A DNA stretch of 64,000 bases from Nemertoderma westbladi (lineage: Eukaryota > Animalia > Xenacoelomorpha). Shown one piece after another: positions 30,801 to 42,800 of this stretch (positions within the stretch are counted from its first letter, which is position 1; every line of letters begins with the position of its first letter). Made by a program: the position numbers and the translations under genes. Below the pieces are notes generated by a model that worked only from the letters and a program-made list of their open reading frames with translations, did no database searches and was not told the DNA's origin. Location: positions 1-64,000 of the forward strand of contig JAUCBJ010006028.1 of the NCBI GenBank assembly GCA_032718475.1, read 5' to 3'.

Positions 30801-33800
30801 TTTGTTGTTTATGACCTGTATCCAGCTGATGTTTGTTGTTTATGACCTGTATCCAGCTGATGTTTGTTGTTTATGACCTGTATCCAGCTGATGTTTGTTG
30901 TTTATGGTCTGTATCCAGCTGATGTTTGTTGTTTATGGTCTGTATCCAGCTGATGTTTGTTGTTTATGACCTGTATCCAGCTGATGTTTGTTGTTTATGA
31001 CCTGTATCCAGCTGATGTTTGTTGTTTATGGTCTGTATCCAGCTGATGTTTGTTGTTTATGACCTGTATCCAGCTGATGTTTGTTGTTTATGACCTGTAT
31101 CCAGCTGATGTTTGTTGTTTATGATCTGTATCCAGCTGATGTTTGTTGTTTATGGTCTGTATCCAGCTGATGTTTGTTGTTTATGACCTGTATCCAGCTG
31201 ATGTTTGTTGTTTATGACCTGTATCCAGCTGATGTTTGTTGTTTATGACCTGTATCCAGCTGATGTTTGTTGTTTATGACCTGTATCCAGCTGATGTTTG
31301 TTGTTTATGGTCTGTATCCAGCTGATGTTTGTTGTTTATGACCTGTATCCAGCTGATGTTTGTTGTTTATGACCTGTATCCAGCTGATGTTTGTTGTTTA
31401 TGACCTGTATCCAGCTGATGTTTGTTGTTTATGACCTGTATCCAGCTGATGTTTGTTGTTTATGGTCTGTATCCAGCTGATGTTTGTTGTTTATGACCTG
31501 TATCCAGCTGATGTTTGTTGTTTATGGTCTGTATCCAGCTGATGTTTGTTGTTTATGACCTGTATCCAGCTGATGTTTGTTGTTTATGGTCTGTATCCAG
31601 CTGATGTTTGTTGTTTATGGTCTGTATCCAGCTGATGTTTGTTGTTTATGGTCTGTATCCAGCTGATGTTTGTTGTTTATGGTCTGTATCCAGCTGATGT
31701 TTGTTGTTTATGGTCTGTATCCAGCTGATGTTTGTTGTTTATGACCTGTATCCAGCTGATGTTTGTTGTTTATGACCTGTATCCAGCTGATGTTTGTTGT
31801 TTATGGTCTGTATCCAGCTGATGTTTGTTGTTTATGACCTGTATCCAGCTGATGTTTGTTGTTTATGGTCTGTATCCAGCTGATGTTTGTTGTTTATGAC
31901 CTGTATCCAGCTGATGTTTGTTGTTTATGGTCTGTATCCAGCTGATGTTTGTTGTTTATGACCTGTATCCAGCTGATGTTTGTTGTTTATGGTCTGTATC
32001 CAGCTGATGTTTGTTGTTTATGACCTGTATCCAGCTGATGTTTGTTGTTTATGGTCTGTATCCAGCTGATGTTTGTTGTTTATGGTCTGTATCCAGCTGA
32101 TGTTTGTTGTTTATGACCTGTATCCAGCTGATGTTTGTTGTTTATGACCTGTATCCAGCTGATGTTTGTTGTTTATGGTCTGTATCCAGCTGATGTTTGT
32201 TGTTTATGACCTGTATCCAGCTGATGTTTGTTGTTTATGGTCTGTATCCAGCTGATGTTTGTTGTTTATGGTCTGTATCCAGCTGATGTTTGTTGTTTAT
32301 GACCTGTATCCAGCTGATGTTTGTTGTTTATGACCTGTATCCAGCTGATGTTTGTTGTTTATGACCTGTATCCAGCTGATGTTTGTTGTTTATGACCTGT
32401 ATCCAGCTGATGTTTGTTGTTTATGACCTGTATCCAGCTGATGTTTGTTGTTTATGGTCTGTATCCAGCTGATGTTTGTTGTTTATGACCTGTATCCAGC
32501 TGATGTTTGTTGTTTATGACCTGTATCCAGCTGATGTTTGTTGTTTATGACCTGTATCCAGCTGATGTTTGTTGTTTATGGTCTGTATCCAGCTGATGTT
32601 TGTTGTTTATGACCTGTATCCAGCTGATGTTTGTTGTTTATGGTCTGTATCCAGCTGATGTTTGTTGTTTATGGTCTGTATCCAGCTGATGTTTGTTGTT
32701 TATGGTCTGTATCCAGCTGATGTTTGTTGTTTATGGTCTGTATCCAGCTGATGTTTGTTGTTTATGGTCTGTATCCAGCTGATGTTTGTTGTTTATGGTC
32801 TGTATCCAGCTGATGTTTGTTGTTTATGACCTGTATCCAGCTGATGTTTGTTGTTTATGGTCTGTATCCAGCTGATGTTTGTTGTTTATGGTCTGTATCC
32901 AGCTGATGTTTGTTGTTTATGGTCTGTATCCAGCTGATGTTTGTTGTTTATGGTCTGTATCCAGCTGATGTTTGTTGTTTATGACCTGTATCCAGCTGAT
33001 GTTTGTTGTTTATGACCTGTATCCAGCTGATGTTTGTTGTTTATGGTCTGTATCCAGCTGATGTTTGTTGTTTATGGTCTGTATCCAGCTGATGTTTGTT
33101 GTTTATGGTCTGTATCCAGCTGATGTTTGTTGTTTATGGTCTGTATCCAGCTGATGTTTGTTGTTTATGGTCTGTATCCAGCTGATGTTTGTTGTTTATG
33201 ACCTGTATCCAGCTGATGTTTGTTGTTTATGGTCTGTATCCAGCTGATGTTTGTTGTTTATGGTCTGTATCCAGCTGATGTTTGTTGTTTATGGTCTGTA
33301 TCCAGCTGATGTTTGTTGTTTATGGTCTGTATCCAGCTGATGTTTGTTGTTTATGGTCTGTATCCAGCTGATGTTTGTTGTTTATGGTCTGTATCCAGCT
33401 GATGTTTGTTGTTTATGGTCTGTATCCAGCTGATGTTTGTTGTTTATGGTCTGTATCCAGCTGATGTTTGTTGTTTATGGTCTGTATCCAGCTGATGTTT
33501 GTTGTTTATGGTCTGTATCCAGCTGATGTTTGTTGTTTATGGTCTGTATCCAGCTGATGTTTGTTGTTTATGGTCTGTATCCAGCTGATGTTTGTTGTTT
33601 ATGGTCTGTATCCAGCTGATGTTTGTTGTTTATGGTCTGTATCCAGCTGATGTTTGTTGTTTATGGTCTGTATCCAGCTGATGTTTGTTGTTTATGGTCT
33701 GTATCCAGCTGATGTTTGTTGTTTATGGTCTGTATCCAGCTGATGTTTGTTGTTTATGGTCTGTATCCAGCTGATGTTTGTTGTTTATGGTCTGTATCCA

Positions 33801-36800
33801 GCTGATGTTTGTTGTTTATGGTCTGTATCCAGCTGATGTTTGTTGTTTATGGTCTGTATCCAGCTGATGTTTGTTGTTTATGGTCTGTATCCAGCTGATG
33901 TTTGTTGTTTATGGTCTGTATCCAGCTGATGTTTGTTGTTTATGGTCTGTATCCAGCTGATGTTTGTTGTTTATGGTCTGTATCCAGCTGATGTTTGTTG
34001 TTTATGGTCTGTATCCAGCTGATGTTTGTTGTTTATGGTCTGTATCCAGCTGATGTTTGTTGTTTATGGTCTGTATCCAGCTGATGTTTGTTGTTTATGG
34101 TCTGTATCCAGCTGATGTTTGTTGTTTATGGTCTGTATCCAGCTGATGTTTGTTGTTTATGGTCTGTATCCAGCTGATGTTTGTTGTTTATGGTCTGTAT
34201 CCAGCTGATGTTTGTTGTTTATGGTCTGTATCCAGCTGATGTTTGTTGTTTATGACCTGTATCCAGCTGATGTTTGTTGTTTATGATCTGTATCCAGCTG
34301 ATGTTTGTTGTTTATGGTCTGTATCCAGCTGATGTTTGTTGTTTATGGTCTGTATCCAGCTGATGTTTGTTGTTTATGATCTGTATCCAGCTGATGTTTG
34401 TTGTTTATGACCTGTATCCAGCTGATGTTTGTTGTTTATGACCTGTATCCAGCTGATGTTTGTTGTTTATGATCTGTATCCAGCTGATGTTTGTTGTTTA
34501 TGGTCTGTATCCAGCTGATGTTTGTTGTTTATGGTCTGTATCCAGCTGATGTTTGTTGTTTATGGTCTGTATCCAGCTGATGTTTGTTGTTTATGACCTG
34601 TATCCAGCTGATGTTTGTTGTTTATGATCTGTATCCAGCTGATGTTTGTTGTTTATGACCTGTATCCAGCTGATGTTTGTTGTTTATGACCTGTATCCAG
34701 CTGATGTTTGTTGTTTATGACCTGTATCCAGCTGATGTTTGTTGTTTATGGTCTGTATCCAGCTGATGTTTGTTGTTTATGACCTGTATCCAGCTGATGT
34801 TTGTTGTTTATGGTCTGTATCCAGCTGATGTTTGTTGTTTATGACCTGTATCCAGCTGATGTTTGTTGTTTATGACCTGTATCCAGCTGATGTTTGTTGT
34901 TTATGGTCTGTATCCAGCTGATGTTTGTTGTTTATGACCTGTATCCAGCTGATGTTTGTTGTTTATGGTCTGTATCCAGCTGATGTTTGTTGTTTATGGT
35001 CTGTATCCAGCTGATGTTTGTTGTTTATGGTCTGTATCCAGCTGATGTTTGTTGTTTATGGTCTGTATCCAGCTGATGTTTGTTGTTTATGGTCTGTATC
35101 CAGCTGATGTTTGTTGTTTATGGTCTGTATCCAGCTGATGTTTGTTGTTTATGGTCTGTATCCAGCTGATGTTTGTTGTTTATGACCTGTATCCAGCTGA
35201 TGTTTGTTGTTTATGGTCTGTATCCAGCTGATGTTTGTTGTTTATGGTCTGTATCCAGCTGATGTTTGTTGTTTATGGTATGTATCCAGCTGATGTTTAT
35301 TGTTTATGACCTGTATCCAGCTGATGTTTGTTGTTTATGACCTGTATCCAGCTGATGTTTGTTGTTTATGGTCTGTATCCAGCTGATGTTTGTTGTTTAT
35401 GACCTGTATCCAGCTGATGTTTGTTGTTTATGACCTGTATCCAGCTGATGTTTGTTGTTTATGGTCTGTATCCAGCTGATGTTTGTTGTTTATGACCTGT
35501 ATCCAGCTGATGTTTGTTGTTTATGACCTGTATCCATCCAGCTGATGTTTGTTGTTTATGACCTGTATCCAGCTGATGTTTGTTGTTTATGACCTGTATC
35601 CAGCTGATGTTTGTTGTTTATGACCTGTATCCAGCTGATGTTTGTTGTTTATGACCTGTATCCAGCTGATGTTTGTTGTTTATGGTCTGTATCGAGCTGA
35701 TGTTTGTTGTTTATGGTCTGTATCCAGCTGGTGTTTGTTGTTTATGGTTTGTATCCAGCTGATGTTTGTTGTTTATGGTCTGTATCCAGCTGATGTTTGT
35801 TGTTTATGGTCTGTATCCAGCTGATGTTTGTTGTTTATGGTCTGTATCCAGCTGATGTTTGTTGTTTATGACCTGTATCCAGCTGATGTTTGTTGTTTAA
35901 GACCTGTATCCAGCTGATGTTTGTTGTTTATGACCTGTATCCAGCTGATGTTTGTTGTTTATGACCTGTATCCAGCTGATGTTTGTTGATTATGGTCTGT
36001 ATCCAGCTGGTGTTTGTTGTTTATGGTTTGTATCCAGCTGATGTTTGTTGTTTATGGTCTGTATCCAGCTGATGTTTGTTGGATATGGTCTGTATCCAGC
36101 TGATGTTTGTTGGATATGGTCTATATCCAGCTGATGTTTGTTGAATATGGTCTATATCCAGCTAATGTTTGTTGTTTATGGTCTGTATCCAGCTGATGTT
36201 TGTTGTTTATAACCTGTATCCAGCTGATGTTTGTTGATTATGGTCTGTATCCAGCTGGTGTTTGTTGTTTATGGTTTGTATCCAGCTGATGTTTGTTGTT
36301 TATGGTCTGTATCCAGCTGATGTTTGTTGGATATGGTCTGTATCCAGCTGATGTTTGTTGGATATGGTCTATATCCAGCTGATGTTTGTTGTTTATGGTC
36401 TGTATCCAGCTGATGTTTGTTGTTTATGACCTGTATCCAGCTGATGTTTGTTGTTTATGGTCTGTATCCAGCTGATGTTTGTTGTTTATGGTCTGTATCC
36501 AACTGATGTTTGTTGTTTATGGTCTGTATCCAGCTGATGTTTGTTTTTCATGGTCTGTATACAGCTGATGTTTGTTGTTTATGGTCTGTATACAGCTGAT
36601 GTTTGTTGTTTATGGTCTGTATCCAGCTGATGTTTGTTGTTTATGGTCTGTATCCAGCTGATGTTTGTTGTTTATGGTCTGTATCCAGCTGATGTTTGTT
36701 GTTTATGGTCTGTATCCAGCTGATGTTTGTTGTTTGTGGTCTGTATCCAGCTGATGTTTGTTGTTTATGACCTGTATCCAGCTGATGTTTGTTGTTTATG

Positions 36801-39800
36801 ACCTGTATCCAGCTGATGTTTGTTGTTTATGGTCTGTATCCAGCTGATGTTTGTTGTTTATGGTCTGTATCCAACTGATGTTTGTTGTTTATGGTCTGTA
36901 TCCAGCTGATGTTTGTTTTTCATGGTCTGTATACAGCTGATGTTTGTTGTTTATGGTCTGTATACAGCTGATGTTTGTTGTTTATGGTCTGTATCCAGCT
37001 GATGTTTGTTGTTTATGGTCTGTATCCAGCTGATGTTTGTTGTTTATGGTCTGTATCCAGCTGATGTTTGTTGTTTATGGTCTGTATAAAGCTGATGTTT
37101 GTTGTTTATGGTCGGTATCCAGCTGATGTTTGTTGTTTATGGTCTGTATCCAGCTGATGTTTGTTGTTTATGACCTGTATCCAGCTGATGTTTGTTGGTT
37201 ATGGTCTGTATCCAGCTGATGTTTGTTGTTTATGACCTGTATCCAGCTGATGTTTGTTGTTTATGGTCTGTATCCAGCTGATGTTTGTTGTTTATGGTCT
37301 GTATCCAGCTGATGTTTGTTGTTTATGGTCTTATCCAGCTGATGTTTGTTGTTTATGGTCTGTATCCAGCTGATGTTTGTTGTTTATGGTCTGTATCCAG
37401 CTGATGTTTGTTGTTTATGGTCTGTATCCAGCTGATGTTTGTTGTTTATGGTCTGTATCCAGCTGATGTTTGTTGTTTATGACCTGTATCCAGCTGATGT
37501 TTGTTGTTTATGGTCTATATCCAGCTGATGTTTGTTGTTTATGGTCTGTATCCAGCTGATGTTTGTTGTTTATGACCTGTATCCAGCTGATGTTTGTTGT
37601 TTATGGTCTGTATCCAGCTGATGTTTGTTGTTTATGGTCTGTATCCAGCTGATGTTTGTTTTTCATGGTCTGTATACAGCTGATGTTTGTTGTTTATGGT
37701 CTGTATACAGCTGATGTTTGTTGTTTATGGTCTGTATCCAGCTGATGTTTGTTGTTTATCATCTGTATCCAGCTGATGTTTGTTGTTTATGGTCTGTATC
37801 CAGCTGATGTTTGTTGTTTATGACCTGTATCCAGCTGATGTTTGTTGTTTATGGTCTGTATCCAGCTGATGTTTGTTGTTTATGGTCTGTATCCAGCTGA
37901 TGTTTGTTTTTCATGGTCTGAATACAGCTGATGTTTGTTGTTTATGGTCTGTATACAGCTGATGTTTGTTGTTTATGGTCTGTATCCAGCTGATGTTTGT
38001 TGTTTATCATCCGTATCCAGCTGATGTTTGTTGTTTATGGTCTGTATCCAGCTGATGTTTGTTGTTTATGACCTGTATCCAGCTGATGTTTGTTGTTTAT
38101 GGTCTGTATCCAGCTGATGTTTGTTGTTTATGGTCTGTATCCAGCTGATGTTTGTTGTTTATGACCTGTATCCAGCTGATGTTTGTTGTTTATGGTCTGT
38201 ATCCAGCTGATGTTTGTTGTTTATGGTCTGTATCCAGCTGATGTTTGTTTTTCATGGTCTGTATACAGCTGATGTTTGTTGTTTATGGTCTGTATACAGC
38301 TGATGTTTGTTGTTTATGGTCTGTATCCAGCTGATGTTTGTTGTTTATCATCTGTATCCAGCTGATGTTTGTTGTTTATGGTCTGTATCCAGCTGATGTT
38401 TGTTGTTTATGATCTGTATCCAGCTGATGTTTGTTGTTTATGATCTGTATCCAGCTGATGTTTGTTGTTTATGACCTGTATCCAGCTGATGTTTGTTGTT
38501 TATGGTCTGTATCCAGCTGATGTTTGTTGTTTATGGTCTGTATCCAGCTGATGTTTGTTGTTTATGACCTGTATCCAGCTGATGTTTGTTGTTTATGACC
38601 TGTATCCAGCTGATGTTTGTTGTTTATGGTCTGTATCCAGCTGATGTTTGTTGTTTATGACCTGTATCCAGCTGATGTTTGTTGTTTATGGTCTGTATCC
38701 AGCTGATGTTTGTTGTTTATGACCTGTATCCAGCTGATGTTTGTTGTTTATGACCTGTATCCAGCTGATGTTTGTTGTTTATGACCTGTATTCAGCTGAT
38801 GTTTGTTGTTTATGACCTGTATCCAGCTGATGTTTGTTGTTTATGACCTGTATCCAGCTGATGTTTGTTGTTTATGGTCTGTATACAGTTGATGTTTGTT
38901 GTTTATGGTCTGTATCCAACTGATGTTTGTTGTTTATGGTCTGTATCCAGCTGATGTTTGTTTTTCATGGTCTGTATACAGCTGATGTTTGTTGTTTATG
39001 GTCTGTATACAGCTGATGTTTGTTGTTTATGGTCTGTATCCAGCTGATGTTTGTTGTTTATCATCTGTATCCAGCTGATGTTTGTTGTTTATGGTCTGTA
39101 TCCAGCTGATGTTTGTTGTTTATGATCTGTATCCAGCTGATGTTTGTTGTTTATGATCTGTATCCAGCTGATGTTTGTTGTTTATGGTCTGTATCCAGCT
39201 GATGTTTGTTGTTTATGGTCTGTATACAGTTGATGTTTGTTGTTTATGGTCTGTATCCAGCTGATGTTTGTTGTTTATGGTCTGTATCCAGCTGATGTTT
39301 GTTGTTTATGGTCTGTATCCAGCTGATGTTTGTTGTTTATGACCTGTATCCAGCTGATGTTTGTTGTTTATGATCTGTATCCAGCTGATGTTTGTTGTTT
39401 ATGACCTGTATCCAGCTGATGTTTGTTGTTTATGGTCTGTATCCAGCTGATGTTTGTTGTTTATGGTCTGTATCCAACTGATGTTTGTTGTTTATGGTCT
39501 GTATCCAGCTAATGTTTGTTATTTATGACCAGTATCCAGCTGATGTTTGTCGTTTATGGTCTGTATCCAGCTGATGTTTGTTGTTTATGGTCTGTATCCA
39601 GCTGATGTTTATTGTTTATGGTCTGTATCCAGCTGATGTTTGTTGTTTATGATCTGTATCCAGCTGATGTTTATTGTTTATGGTCTGTATACAGCTGATG
39701 TTTGTTGTTTATGGTCTGTATCCAGCTAATGTTTGTTATTTATGACCAGTATCCAGCTGATGTTTGTTGTTTATGGTCTGTATCCAGCTGATGTTTGTTG

Positions 39801-42800
39801 TTTATGGTCTGTATCCAGCTGATGTTTGCTGTTTATGGTCTGTATACAGCTGATGTTTGTTGTTTATGGTCTGTATCCAGCTAATGTTTGTTATTTATGA
39901 CCAGTATCCAGCTGATGTTTGTTGTTTATGGTCTGTATCCAGCTGATGTTTGTTGTTTATGGTCTGTATCCAGCTGATGTTTCTTGTTTATGACCTGTAT
40001 CCAGCTGATGTTTGTTGTTTATGGTCTGTATACAGCTGATGTTTGTTGTTTATGATCTGTATCCAGCTGATGTTTGTTGTTTATGGTCTGTATACAGCTG
40101 ATGTTTGTTGTTTATTGTCTGTATCCAGCTAATGTTTGTTATTTATGACCAGTATCCAGCTGATGTTTGTTGTTTATGGTCTGTATCCAGCTGATGTTTG
40201 TTGTTTATGGTCTGTATCCAGCTGATGTTTCTTGTTTATGACCTGTATCCAGCTGATGTTTGTTGTTTATGGTCTGTATACAGCTGATGTTTGTTGTTTA
40301 TGGTCTGTATCCAGCTAATGTTTGTTGTTTATGGTCTGTATCCAGCTGATGTTTGTTGTTTATGGTCTGTATCCAGCTGATGTTTGTTGTTTATGGTCTG
40401 TATCCAGCTGATGTTTGTTGTTTATGGTCTGTATCCAGCTGATGTTTGTTGTTTATGATCTGTATCCAGCTGATGTTTGTTGTTTATGGTCTGTATCCAG
40501 CTGATGTGTGTTGTTTATGGTCTCTATCCAGCTGATGTTTGTTGTTTATGGTCTGTATCCAGCTGATGAATCCTGTTCAATATCAAATAAATTATGATTT
40601 CCAATACTTTTCATTGAATCTCTAAAAACAACCAATCTTATTCAGTCATGTCTCGCACGGTACAGTATGTAGAAAGATTATCCGAAACTTGGAAATGCTC
40701 CAATTTCTTACATCGTTTCCACACGGCGTTGGCCAACGCTTCTCTGATTCCTGTGCTGAGACCATACGCATACGCGAAACGGGTGTTGGCCCCTGGATCA
40801 TAGAAATACAAGGTGAACGCTATAAGGTCATCGAAACGTCCAGAATCGACGACTCCCTTGATGTCGTCCACCATCTTCTTTTCGATTGAGCGTTTATAAA
40901 GTGGTGAAGCTAAGTCAATGGAAAGTTTGGTTAATGAAGGCAGAGATCGTAACGTAGTCATTAGGTTTCGGAAGTTATCCGTAGTTATATGAAGAGAGCG
41001 GACTGAACTAATTACATAGTCAGTGGGATTCTCAATAAGTAGACCATCCTCTAGTTCCAAACTCATTAGGTTAGGGAAGATAAGTCCTATTTCATCAAAC
41101 CTGACAGGAATAGGTTCATAGGCTATGTGTTGCACTGCCAATGTCAAAGCAGTGACCTGCGGCAATCGGGCATTTCTAACGGTCGTATTCGAAATAAAGT
41201 TAGGGAATTCGGTTGGGATCCATATTAATTCCAATTCAGATAAGTTTGGAAACTTAGTGAATTGATCGAGTAATTGAAGGTCCAGAGGATCATCACATTC
41301 CAACTCGATTCTCTTCAATTGATCGCCAGAACGATCAACGTCCTGTATGTGGTAATCAGCGATGATGAGTTGAGGTCCGGGATGATGAATGTAAAGAAAT
41401 CGGAGAGATAAGTTGATTTTGTGCCCTTTAATCAACTCATCAAAGTGCTCCTTCGAATGAAATGACTCCCTAAGTAGATTAGCCGATTCTGATGTCAGAA
41501 TCTCTACGTGCGGGAGCGAGCGATGTAAGCTGATTATATTGGCATGTGTTAAACCACAACACCACTGAATACCTAACTCCTGCAACCTCTCTAGTCGTTT
41601 TAATTTTAATGCAGTATCGATTGTGATATTGGATTTAGGAATGTGTAGAACAATTAGTTTGTGGCAGTTGTTAACGATACCAGATAGAGCGGCATCTTCA
41701 ATGTGACTAACCTTTATAGTTGTGAGCAGAGGAAACTCACTTGTAAAAACAGTGTTCAATATGCCGATATAACGTTGCCTGTAGCTATATAAAACTATTA
41801 AGGACCTGATTTCATTGGATATTCTCGGAAGCCATCGCAATATGATTTTAATCACTTTCAGGTTATCTGGATGAAATTCTTCGTAAAACTCATCGTCTAT
41901 GATGAGATGAACTGAACCGAAATACTGATCGAGATAAAGATCTCTGTAGGTGTCCATAAGATCGCCCAACAATGGTTCCTGTTGCGGTACACCAGTACGT
42001 GGCAATTCCTTGTACTTCAACTGCAACTGTTTAAATGCCATAACAAATGCGTGTAGAATGAATTTTCGTAGCTCAATGAGTAATTTTTTTGGCAGTTTAT
42101 CCAGCCATTCACAGAGAACGCTACAATGATCATTGTGTTGGTAACCAATCGCGTGGCATTCCCATCTCCGAGATTCTGCGTTTACTATTCCCCTAACTAA
42201 AGCCTTGATTACATTGACCACCCCGACTTCTTTTAACGATAATAGTCTACAGTTATTGTTAAGAATTACAATAGGTATTTTATCCATCATTCTTTATCTC
42301 AATAGACTTGATATATTAATAAGATATTTTATAATTTTATGATTTAATTTGCAAATATTTGTTCTAGAATGGTTTCGCCACGGGACTGCAAAAAATATAT
42401 AAAATATTTTTCTTCAAAAATGTCGGTATGACAACTCCGCGCGCCGTTAGAGCAGATTGTTTACCATAACCCACTATAATTCATGCAATACGCACAGCAA
42501 TTAGATTAGAATCCATTTGAATAACCCACGACGCGAATGCCGCTTCTCTATTAGTAACACGCTAATTTACTTGATTGACAGCAATGTCGAGTGGGCTATG
42601 GCAGATAATGGCTTGGAGGGGACTGATACAATACACTTATGTTAGATGAAAATTGAGTGTAAAATATAAAAGTAGTAGGGATTTTTGCGAGGAAAAAAGT
42701 GTCAATATCGACAAACCGAGAAAAATGTTGTTTTATACAGAGAATCCTGAATATCAGCCATAATTTCTTTATTACACAAATATTATGTGCATTTTTGGAC

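Noticed and set aside
6560-35824. Short Cys/hydrophobic ORFs (MLFMVCIQLMFVVY...) in the 31-bp satellite
   Set aside because: They are translations of the satellite where point variants remove the TGA, and they cycle through three frames of the same unit.
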